DNA of 64,000 nucleotides from Nageia nagi (Eukaryota; Plantae; Pinophyta), in NCBI GenBank assembly GCA_050084985.1, contig JBITNC010000001.1, positions 158,906,001 through 158,970,000 on the forward strand, in the 5' to 3' direction. Under the pieces are notes generated by a model. The model was not told the DNA's origin and did not search any database. It saw nothing but the letters and a program-made list of their open reading frames with translations. Both the position numbers and the translations under genes were made by a program. This document shows, piece by piece, positions 1-11,914 of the stretch (position 1 is the first letter of the stretch; every line of letters begins with the position of its first letter).

Positions 1-1282
1 CTACGGATATCTCAACATACTATGGATTACTATACAAAATACCCACTCATAAATTCTCCTCCATAGAGTCTTTACAAATATGAAGTCCTCCCTCATAGAG
101 CCTTCTCAAAATGTCTCCCATGCACTATGGAAGGATAGGGTACCTATTTTTTATGGTATTTTTATTTAGGATGACCCTATAATCTATACACATCCTTAAT
201 GTCCCATCCATCTTTTTCACCAACATAATAGAAGAAGAAAATGGACTAGTACTAGGACAAATATGGCCTATAGCTATGATTTCTTTTATGGTCTTTTCAA
301 TTTCATCCTTGTATATTTTTGGATATCTATAAGGAGTAATGATCACGGGTTTTGTTCCTAGTTCTAAATCAATCACATGTTGAAATCCCTTATTGAGTGG
401 TAAACCCTTAGGCATATCTCCAAAACCTCCCCTTTACCTATCCAAAGAAATATGAATGTTTGAATGAAAATAAATATGATCACTAGACAAATGAGGTATA
501 CCTTTTGACATGATATACTAGCAGCTCAAACTATTTTGTCCTTCTTGAGTATCTAATTAATCCTCTTAATTGATACCTTTTTTATTGTATTATCCTTGAT
601 CCCATTCAAAACAATCACATGCCCATAAATTCTCAATTTAAATTATAGAATTTTATGAATGGTAGTGTAGATACCCAATAAGTACAACCATTTTACTCCC
701 AACAGCATCCAAGGCACTCCTCATAATGAATCATCCTCAATTGAGTAATTACCAAAATTTACCTTCATTTTGGTTACAACTTTGTTGCAAGGCACAATAT
801 TTCTATTTCCTATAGCCACATTAAAAGTAGAAAAATAATAATAATTTTAGCTCCTTCTTTATCTAAAAACTCTCATCTACAAAGTTGTGGCTTGTCTCAC
901 CATCAATCAACACAACCACCTTCTCTCCTAACACCTCTCCTTGTACCTTAATGGTAAAAAATCTATTTGTACTACTTAATGTAGCCAATATATGTAATGT
1001 TTGGGATAATAAGAGCCTCATTTAATGGTTACTCAAAATCATGCTTCTCATTAGAATCATACTCATTATTTGATGCATCTTTATATGAAATGACCTTAAT
1101 GTAATGAATTTTCCTATTATCAAAACTCTATCACTTTATAGAATGACTTATTGCATTATTTTAATACTTTAATCAATTTATTTTTATTAGCTGTGAGTTC
1201 TTCATATTCCATTTGAGTCATGTATTTGTCAAGAAATACCTAATTTCAAATACTAATTAATTTTCTCTTAGCTCATAAAGAT
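1..1282 (-). mobile_element. Degenerate Ty3/Gypsy internal fragment (aspartic protease plus N-terminal part of RT)
   Basis: Minus strand ~955-880 reads TIKVQGEVLGEKVVVLIDGETSHNFVD (retroviral protease D-S/T-G region). ORF 125-415 has [47 protein letters not shown] (start of Gypsy RT). Multiple stops and frameshifts; RT similarity stops after NRYPILP. Confidence 0.85.
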
Positions 1283-1890
1283 TGTAAGTGTCCCCCTACT
1301 GATGGGAAATAAATTATTAGATTCTCATCTTATGTAGTCCATGAATTCTAAAGGTTGATACCTTCATAGGAAAATGTTGTCAAAATGTAATGGGTTAGTT
1401 AGTTTTAGAACACTAGACCAAAAATAAGCTTTAGAGTCAGGCAATTTGAGGTGGTTATGAGGTGACATTGCATTTGCGCATTTAGTGGTGCTTTTTATAA
1501 GGCAGTTTTACACCGTTCCCATAAAATTACTAAGAGGTGGTTTTAAATCACCCTCTAAAAAAGACAAAAAACAAATGGAAAGGTGTGGGTGGGAAGAAAA
1601 AAGTGGATTATGCAAGTAGTGTTTAGGGGCTATGGTTTCAACTCACCCCAAAAAAACATAGAGAGGTGGTTTTCAACTACCCTTCCATCTCAACCAATAA
1701 AAAAAAATCATGTACGGAAAGGCAAGCACTTCAATTTTTTTGAGGTTAGCATGGTGAGGGGGTAGAGGAGAGACAAGGTATTTCATTTGATATTTTGAGT
1801 GAGGGGGTAGAGAAGAGGAGAAGATAGGGGACGTGAGCAAAGGTATCATTGCAAGCAAGTATTCTTTCATATTTTTCATTACATGTTATT

Positions 1891-2486
1891 GCCTTGTATT
1901 CTTCTTCCTTTCACATACATATCTTAGGGTATTTTTTAGAAAATCCATTTTGTGTGTATCTTGCAATCATTATAGACTATGAAACTATATTTGCTTCATG
2001 CATCTTGTCAAATAATTCTTTGGCCTTATGTATTCTCCCCTTTTTGCATACAAGCCTTAGGTTCTTTTTCACAAAACCCTTTTTGTTTGTATCTTGCAAT
2101 CATTGCAGACCATGAAATTGTGTTTTCATCATGCATCTTATCAAATAATTCTCAAGCCTTATGTATTCTTCCATATTTTACATATATATCTTAGGGTCTT
2201 TTTTAGAAAATATATTTTATGTGTATCTTGCAATCATTGCAAACCATGAAACTGTGGTTTCATCATGCATTTTTTTAAATAATTCTCAAGCCTCATGTAT
2301 TCTTCCATATTTTGCACACATGTCTTAGGGTCTTTTTTAGAAAACCCATTTTATCCATAACTTGCAATCATTGTATACTAGGAAACTATGTTTGCATCAT
2401 GCATATTGTGAAATAATTCTTAGGTCTTTTGTATTCTTCCACATTTTGCATACATGTCTTAGGGAATTTTTTAGAAAGCCCATTTT
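1891..2486 (-). repeat. Tandem array (~4.5 x 132-134 bp) derived from a PLS-PPR motif junction
   Basis: Units start at 1891, 2023, 2156, 2290 and 2424. The minus-strand unit is a decayed [44 protein letters not shown]. Most spacings are 133-134 bp, so reading frame is not kept. Confidence 0.85.
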
Positions 2487-3082
2487 TCAAAAAATCATAA
2501 AATTAACCTCAAACAAATGCTATCAAATTTTAGAACTAGAGAAACCACACATGCTTCACATAAAATGAGTGTTAAATAATATGTTAAAAAACCCCAAAAA
2601 AATTGTAGTTATGATTAGGGAATTTTACTCAATGTTAGCCACATGAGATCCCTAATGGAATCATTTTCATAACTATAGATGGATGCCTATAATAATAAAC
2701 AATGAAGTAACTAGTGTTTATAATAGGGAATCAAATCACAATCCAATAATGGAGGAGTAAGCTCATTAAACCCTAGCAAAAAAATCCTCACAAAAATTAC
2801 TCAAGTTTAAAGTTCAAGAGGTAATAAAGCCATTTACTCAACCAAGTGAGGAAAACAATACCATGCACCATATATGATTTGGAACAATAGTATTTCTCTT
2901 AGGAATCCACAAATGAGTCAACAATAAATACCAATTGATTTGTAGACTTATCAAAAATTTTAAACCATCAAGTTGACCCTTCACTAAGATGGAACTTGTA
3001 GGGGTTCCTTAGAGAGAGGACAGATCAATCCCATAAATCTACCACATAAAGGAAAAGTAATTGCCCATGTTTGCAACCATAA

Positions 3083-3698
3083 TTAAATGCAAATCCTCCA
3101 TTGAAGAAATTGTATGACTTCTTCATAACATCGATAGCTTACATTTCCAAGAAGGTCAACAATGAATGTATAGTGATTCATCCTAGGAATAATGCAATAA
3201 GATCCACTCATTTTATTAATATATTTACAGTCCTCATCCACTATACCTACATGATTACATGAAAGTAGAACACACACAAAGGTTATGTTGTTAGGGTTGT
3301 TTCCTAAGTTCTTCTTCAGATCAAAGAGTTTAACGGCATCCTTTTTGTAGCCATGAATTGCATATCCTTTAATCATTGTAGTCCATAAAACTATATTTGC
3401 ACCATGCATCTTTTCAAACAATTCCTAGGACTTTTTTATTATTCCACATTTAACATACATGTCTTAGGGTATTTTTTAAAAACCCATTTTATGTGTATCT
3501 TACAACCATTGTAAACCATAAAACTGTGTTTGCATCATGCATATTACCAAACAACTCCTATGCCATGTGTATTCTACCACATTTTGCATACATATATTAT
3601 GGTCTTTTTTTAGAAAACACATTTTATATGTACCATGTAGTCATTTCAAACCATGAAACTATGTTTGCATCATGCATCTTGTCAAATAATTCTTGGAC
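3083..3698 (-). pseudogene. PLS-class PPR fragment (P2-L2-S2 region) plus two more 133-bp units
   Basis: ORF 3083-3421: VLWTTMIKGYAIHGYKKDAVKLFDL..PNNITFVCVLLSCNHVGIVDEDCKY..PRMNHYTFIVDLLG. The array is cut at 3698 by element A and resumes at 30493. Confidence 0.85.
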
Positions 3699-5128
3699 TA
3701 TAATGTCCCCATTTTTATGGTGTTTTTCCCATTTCATCTCTAATAAATGGGAACATTAGATTAAGAGTATTTCTATTTAATTTTGGAAATTTAGTGCATT
3801 TTTGGCCCAATTATTGTAAGTTCCACTTGGAGAGTAATTAATTACTCTAATTATGGGATATTGGGTCATATTTTAATTTCTTAGGTATTCTTTTATTTTT
3901 AATAATGCCAATAATTGTGTAACTGAAATACCAAGATAATTAATATTTATAAATGTAATATTAGTCACCTCATTTGGGACATTGCATATTTAGAGCCTTG
4001 ATGATTGTAAATTGATATTAATGGGCCTCTATTGTATTTATTTTTCCCCTTTTAAGGTAGAGCATGAACTTAGGTGATTTCACCCATCATGAGGCACAAG
4101 AAGATACCTTTTCTTGGACATGGAACACTTAGAGATATATTGGACATTTCAAGGCATCAAAAAACACCCACACTTGGACATTGGGCTTATGGATTGGATC
4201 CCATGTTGAGCATTTGGGCAAAAAAAGACTCCCACATCTCACCTTGGAGGCTTGCTAGCTTGTAGCATTGACATCTAGGTACATGGAAGTCCCCACTTAC
4301 CCAACATTTCCATTCTAGGTCCTTGGATGAGCTAACACTAATCTCAAGGCATCTCATCTTGGATGTTGGTTAAGGAGCACATAGATCACCCTTATACAGT
4401 GTTGGATCAACCCCAACACATGATTAGAAGATAATTTATCTCATATATATAAGGAGGACTCCAAGAAGATCAAAGGTATGTTATGATTATAATTTCTTCT
4501 TCTTGGTTGGAGCTTGTCTCTTCTAGAATTCCACTTCTTTAGAGTGAGTTAACTATAGTTGGGTGTCATACAAGACTTAAGTGAACAAACACTTGGGGGT
4601 TGGAGAAACCCAAGTTGTTAGCTAGCTATCTGAGAGGTGTTGGCATTACCCTTAAATTAATATAATACTACTAGTGGGTCTTTGAGATTCCACCATGGCT
4701 ACTGGAGAAGGAATCCCTAGTGCATGCTTCACCACATTGTGGATATTAATCCCTGGTGCATCAATATTTTTAACATCTATATTATAATTGAAATTCATCC
4801 CATTATATATTTGAATATAATTACGTTATTATGTTATCTCTTTCCTATCTCTCTCCTTATTCTTTGATGTTGGATAATTAAGTCCATAATTGATTTATCT
4901 ACATGTTATTTGGCTTCCATTATTGTTGCGTTGGATATTTACATGTCATTTCTTGAGTTCTTATTATTGTTGTTGTATGTGGAGGTCTTTTCATGCTTAT
5001 TTTTCAACTAGGTTTAGATGTTTGGATTATTGAGGTTGTTGCATCATCTTTTAGCCATAGAGCTAAACATTGGGATTACTTGCATTATTTGAGCTTAATT
5101 GGTTAGATCTAGAGCTTATGATACTAAT

Positions 5129-5228
5129 NNNNNNNNNNNNNNNNNNNNNNNNNNNNNNNNNNNNNNNNNNNNNNNNNNNNNNNNNNNNNNNNNNNNNNNN
5201 NNNNNNNNNNNNNNNNNNNNNNNNNNNN
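5129..5228. other. Assembly gap (100 N)
   Basis: Run of exactly 100 N. Confidence 1.
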
Positions 5229-8200
5229 ACCAATGTTACCCCTCTAGGGCACAACAATAACCCCACAAGCCTGACATCAACCTCCTAGGGATTTAATCAC
5301 ACTAAAAAACCCAACTATTGTTCACAATGATAAATTTAATGAATTACATAAAACCCATAAGTCTATACTAAAAAAACCAACATAAAAAAATTTCCCAAAA
5401 TAAGACCACATGTACAAAAAAGGGGGAACCCAAAGATGCTCAAGATGCCACAAAAATAAATTGAAAAACAAATTTAAATCCAATGCCCAATGACTTGTAT
5501 TATGATAGGAAATGAGTTGAAATAAAAAAACCTTCCTCTAAGAGCTAAAATTTTGGGCCCTTAAAAGAGCCAACAAAGGGAAAAAACCACTAAAAATCCT
5601 CATTGCAATTTGTCAAACCCAAGATTAGACCCAACCCCCTTAGACCTAAATTCCTCCCCATTAAGCAACCCTCCTCAAACCTAGAACCAAAAAAAATGGT
5701 AGAGATGTATCCTCAGAATTTCCATCAGAATAGGGGTTGGTGACCCACCAAAAACATAGAAAATTTTGGGAAATTTTCCCAATGCCTTCCTATCCTTTTT
5801 GGGTGACCCCCCTAGGAAAATTTTTGCTTAGCATCCCATGTCTTATGCCCAAAGTTCTAGTATCAAGAAATATAATCAACAATCTACCTAGAAATGAGGC
5901 CCTCATGTCTATTTATACTTTTCCTTATGTCTAAAGCTTACCTTAAAATCATCCCAATCCCTCTTAATCTAATGTTGGGGTCAAGATGGTCAAACTAGCT
6001 AATGTGGGGGTCATAAAGTCCCTTTATTCTAATGTTGGGGTCAAAATGCATCAGATAGCTAACATGGGGATCCTAGAGTGCTTAAATGACAATGTGGGAG
6101 TGTGGGACCCTCCCCAATGTAGTGCAATCATGCTAAAGTCCATCCAACCCATAAACACATATATAGACATCGAGATTCCCATAATATGGGATCTTCATAC
6201 AACTCACAAGCCAAAACTACTACTCATGATAGAGCCATCCCACTTAGGACTCATAGTGGGGTCCACATGACCCATTATTATTCATGTCCTGAGTTACAAT
6301 GAAGTAAATGAAAACACACTATACTAGTATATTACAAGATGATCCAATGGCTCCCATTACATATTCAAAGGGGACATCAAAAAGCCTCCCCTATCGAATT
6401 GCTTGCCCTTAAGTAATGGTAAGAGATCATAGCATATTATCTTCCAAGAATCCTTTGATGCAATTAGGTAAAGCATGCAATGGTGGAACATAGATCTAAC
6501 CTATTTTGACTCGGATAGAAGTGAAACTCTAAATCTCAATATCTTAGTGAGTTGCAAACATTCAAGTTTGTTGTAACTATTCCTCCTACATACATGCTCC
6601 AAAAGGAACCCCCATAACCATGGAAGTGCATGCACTTCTATGCTATACCTACAAAATCTTGGAAAAGATAATTATTAGTGTAAAATAAGCAAGCCCTAAA
6701 GCCTCTTCAAGTAACAAATTCTCCTTAGCAACTTCAAGACTCTCATCACTCATCTTGGCCACATCAAGCCTCAATGTAATGATACCAATCTCCTTAATGC
6801 CTAACATGGGGTTCCAACCCTCCTAAACACCCAATGTGGTCCATCCATACTCCTATATGCCCCACATGGTATGCCAAACTCTCCAAAAATTCAACATGGG
6901 TAATCTAGGTACTTTCATACCCAACATCAACTGCCAAGCCTCCAGTGGGTCCAACATGGGGGCCTCAGCTCTCCCATACTACAACATGAGCCTTCTTGGC
7001 TCCTTAATCAATGATGTAGCCTTTCCTATAACCTCCTCCTTCATTCCACACCACTCAATCATATCCAAGCAACTATTATCTACCTATGGACTATCCTCTC
7101 ATATGCCTTGCAGTGTATGCACTTTACCATCTACTTTGAAACTCATTGTGAGTCTCTAATAGTTGTTATGAATATCACCCAAATCAAACAACCATTGCAC
7201 TCCAAGGATGATATGGGGATGTACCTTCAAAGGATAAAGGTAAAATTCCTCTCTTACCACATAGCTTTGCAATCTCACCCCAAATCATTGTACTATATGA
7301 TCCATTAGCATGAGTTTCCCATTGGTGTTGGAAACTCAAAATACTTCAAATCCCTTAGTCTTTAGGTTCTTCATTTTGTAAAAAATAATATCAATTAAAT
7401 TATGAGTTACTCCAAGGTCAATCATCAACATCACATCCTATCCACATTCTTGTCCCAAAATCTTCAATGTTAGGAACTTTTTCACTCATCTTGTAGTAAT
7501 GTAGACTCCTACATACTTGCCCCTAATTCCAAATCTAAATCTTTTGAATCTTTATCAATACCTTGATGAAGTTCACATTTCCCTTCCCCAAACATTGATG
7601 CTTGTAATCCAAAGACTTCTTGCAATGAAAACACTTGCCTTCATCTCATAGCTTCTTCCTAGTAGCTGCATCTAATTAGTCCATCCTAGATGAGTGAGGC
7701 ATCTTAGCCTTGTTAGGCCCCTCCATGATTGGTTTTTGGTTTACCATCCCCTTGGAAACCATTAGTCCCCTAAGGGATTTGATAATGGGCTCTAAATCAT
7801 AGTCTGCTATAATTGTATCAATAAGTTTCCTTGGAGAGGACACCTTGACCATCCCCCTTAATGGTTCTGCCAAACCCTTAATGAAGAGGAAAGTCAATCT
7901 TTCTTCCGAAATGATGGATCATAACAACCAACCTCTAAAACTCTATAACAAATTCATCTATTGCTCTTGTCTCCCTCAAATATGTCAAATCTCAAAAGTA
8001 ATCATTTTCCTTCTCCTAATCAAACCTCTTCACTATCCTCTTAGTGAACTCATTGAATGAGGTGATGAATTTTTAGCAAAATATAGATCATCCATTTTCC
8101 CCTTGTATTGGGTCTATCACTAACCTCCATCTAGTGAACCATACCCCTATTGTAATGAAAGAATAGTTAGCTTAAGAGCTAATACTCAAACATAATAACC

Positions 8201-9965
8201 CTCTCACTAGATTTGGTGATCACTATTTTATTATCCCATTAGTTTTTTTATCAATCCAAGTTAGGTGTCTTTAGCTATATGAAATTGAACCTTTATTTTA
8301 TCACTTATGTTTAAACACACTTGAATGAAAGACTACAAAAATTAAACAAGACTAAAATCAAACTGTAATTAAATAATATGAAAAATTTTCAATAAATAAA
8401 TCTACACTTATTCTAACTAAGAGACACTTGTTAGTCAGAGTGGGCCCTTCCTCCTTCCAATAAAGCTCTGATAAATTAGCTTATTACTAGAAACTCAAGT
8501 GATCATTGTATTATTGAAAGTGATTACAAATTGTTTCTAAACTATATTTGGAATGACTAACTCAAGTTTTAGTATTTCTCTCAATAAGAGAAATACTAAA
8601 ACTATCTTAACAACTTGTTGGATTTCCTCACAATAGTTACATAGTTACTAAATTGTATGTCATAGTTTGTATGTTGGAAATCTAGAACAATAAGTATAAA
8701 GGCTTGGTCAAACTGCTAGCAATTTGGGATGATAATGGTGAGAAGACCTTTTCTTCAGGATCAATGCTCATCTCTTTCAGTATCTTATTAGTTGCCCACA
8801 AATTGATTATTTTGTCATAAGATCTTGGATTATCTTCTGGTATGACTATGAACATGGCTACATTTCTAGAAGCATTTCTTAGTTATGAAATCATAAATTT
8901 AGAAATCTCCTACATTTTAGGAAGTTCCTAAAATTTTAGAATATCCTAAAATTTTGGGAATATGTTCAGTTATTATCTCAAATTCTTAGATGAAACATTT
9001 TGGAGCTAATCTATTATCAACATTCTGGAGCTAGTTCACAAACTCTACAGATAGATTTTGGAGCTTATTCAATCAAGCTAAAGAGCCATCATTTTCACAA
9101 TGATTCTTTAAAACTTCATCAAGTAGGCATTACTCATAACAAATCATCAACAAAACACATCAATTCACCACATATGGAAATATAAGTAAAGATGTATTTA
9201 ACTTCAAATCAAACAGTATTAACAAGCTTAAACATAATCAAAGGGATCAAAAGTGTTCCAAGCAAAACACAAAAATACAAGTCCAATGTGTCAAATAGAG
9301 TCCATTCTAGGTCTTATCATTCTCCCCAACTTAGAATATTGTTGCTCCTATAGCAACCAATAGTAATTGTTTTCATCACTATCCATTAGATGTGTGGGGT
9401 ATTTTCTATTAAATTCTTCCATCACTTTTGTAAGGTCATATGGATGCAAACAATCAAGAATTTGTTGATGAACACCTAGAGAAAGAGGTTTTTTCCTTGT
9501 AGTTCCAATATCATATAAATTTGGTTGTTCAATAAAATCCCTTAACCCTTTGCTAACTTTGACCTATGTTTCCCATAAATGGAACAATGAATAATATTGT
9601 GGGCCATCATCGGTCCAAGATGGAGTTGGATATAGTAATATTGGAGGTCTAAACCTCTATCCTACCCAATTTAAAGGTTGTAAAGAAATGATTTTGTATA
9701 TGGCCTTAACCCTTTTTCTACTACATTGTAAATTCATTGAAGAAACTATTTCCTTCTTTTTCTAACGATTAGTCTAAGTATTCCATATTTTGTTACAACT
9801 ATATAAGGCTTCATCAAAATGAATCTAAATGGTAGTGTTACAATTTCAAACACAAGTTTTCATTATTTGCAAATACTAATCTCTAAAATTGTTTACTTAT
9901 GATAAAAAAGGTTGTGGTTATCTCATCATTATAAATGGGTTGTTGTATGACTAGAAACTCATCAT

Positions 9966-11914
9966 TCAAACTCCTTTGTTGACTTTGCTCAATATCATTT
10001 TTTCATTAAATTTGATTTTGTAATATAGAAATAAAAGCTTGCAACTAAATATCACCAACATATATTTTAGGAAGAAATTTTGTATCATCATTGAGTAATA
10101 AATCATGCATATACAATTCACATAACAAATATTTCTCTTACTCTGTCCCTTCAAAGTATTCTCTAAAAAACTTAGCTCCATGCTCAAGCTCATAAGGAAA
10201 TCCCTTCCTAATTCTATTGACTTGTCATTTTAAGAATTGTTCTTTAATATGCATGCTATAGATAGGAGAAGGTTGTCTCAATTGTAGAACTTCATCAAAT
10301 ATTTTACACATATCTATCATTACCTTCTTTACCAATTTAAGATCCTTATTTCCTTTTTTAATGATTGCAAGTTATTTTTTATGTTCAAAATCTTTTTCTT
10401 CACATTTTTGAATATTTGCAGATAGTTGTTGTTTGAACACAACTATTTGTTTTTATTTTTCTTTGACCATGTCAAATATGTGCTTAATTATTTCATTCTC
10501 ACACATTAAATCTAATTCATTGATATGCACTGTTTGTAATATAGTAGCTAGTTTTGAGATTAGAGTTTGGTGTGCTTCAAATTTTTCTTTACATTTTCTA
10601 GCTGGGAGCATTTATCTTTCAATGTTTGGTTTTAACTTTCTAACATAGCTTTTTCTTTAACTAATTTGTCATTATGCTCATCCAAAAGTTTGAGATTTGA
10701 ATGTAATACCTAGATATTCAAAATTTCATCAATGGATATTGTGTTAGTAGCTTCCATCAACATTTCTAAAGCTTTTTTAGTATTTGCAGGTTGAGCTTGT
10801 TCCTCCCTAATTTGGTCTTTTGTTATCTCTTTTGTTGCCAATCTTTTAGATGATGCAGGCATTTCTGGTGAAAGTTTGGAGATTGTTTCGAAAGCATGCA
10901 TTTTGGGTTCTATTGCTTCTTTAGTCATATGATATTCAAAATCTTCTCCCTTTGTTATTTTCCAAAGCCTCTTCAATCTACTGGATCTTTGGCTAGGTGC
11001 AACATAAGATTTTTGTTTTCCACTTCTTTCTTCATGCATTGTTAATTTCTCTTCTTCCTCTTAAGTTTTTGATTCTTCTACTATCACAACGAGATCTGGT
11101 AAAGGATTTTCTTTATCAATTTTTGAATAGGGCACAGTTGGAACATCTTCTAGAATTTCATCTAGAACTCTATGATGGAGTGATTCATCAAATTATTCTT
11201 AAGTGCGAGAGGATTCTCCAACAAATTACAATACATACTCTCCAATTTGATGGACCTCTATATTTGCTCCAATGTGTTTTGATATAGAATTATCTAAGTC
11301 CTCTTCCCCTTCTTCTTGAGAATCTGCATTTTCATAACTACTTAAAAACTATTCCTAAGTAATTTGCCCATTTTCTTATCTTAAGAAGTACTCTTTATAG
11401 AGCAACAGGATAAGCCCATTATGTTTGAGGGAGGATAATTTATTCCTTTGATTTTTCCTCACTTTCCTAGACATTCTTTGTAGAATTTGATGCAAGAATT
11501 AAGATAAATTGCATTCTCAATATTTCTTGTACCTTAGAAATATTAATAGTTTCAAATGATGTCCCATTAATGTAAGATGTTATCCTTCATAGGTCAAATA
11601 TTGCATCACCCATTTTGCTACTAATGCCCACTTTTCATGTAATGTTTCTTATTTTACCCCTTGAATATGCCCTTGATTACTGTAAATTTCAACTTTTGGC
11701 TCATTTGTTGGGTGGAACCTATTCAACAAATTGGACTAATGATCCTTTTTGTTTAAGTCTTCTCCAATTTTACGTAAGCCAATAAATTTGCTAATGGAAT
11801 CTACTATTATTGGAATTTGATAACCCTTCAAGGTTATTGAACTTGTATCAATGTTCTTAGCAAATTCCAATGCTAATTGATTATTGTATCCTTGAAATTT
11901 TTTGAAAAATTATA
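9966..11914 (-). pseudogene. Extra 3' ORF of element C (Athila env-like/ORF2 position), decayed and 5'-truncated
   Basis: Minus strand FFKKFQGYNNQLALEFAKNID..IVDSISKFIGL..KWVMQYLTYEG..GHHLKLL..ILQRMSRKVRK..SLKHNGLI, followed by an acidic/basic linker and a coiled-coil-like segment (ORF 10710-11039). Lies between integrase and PPT on the pol strand. Confidence 0.6.

Noticed and set aside
1891-2486. CRISPR-like or functional coding repeat array
   Set aside because: The units are whole diverged tandem copies with no unique spacers, in a eukaryotic context; stops and frame-breaking periods exclude an intact PPR gene.
5063-5288. ORFs containing runs of X
   Set aside because: Artifacts of translating through the N gap.
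8860-8965. Heat-shock element cluster in LTR C
   Set aside because: Only two-unit or imperfect nGAAn/nTTCn matches within short ~19-bp repeats; too weak to call.
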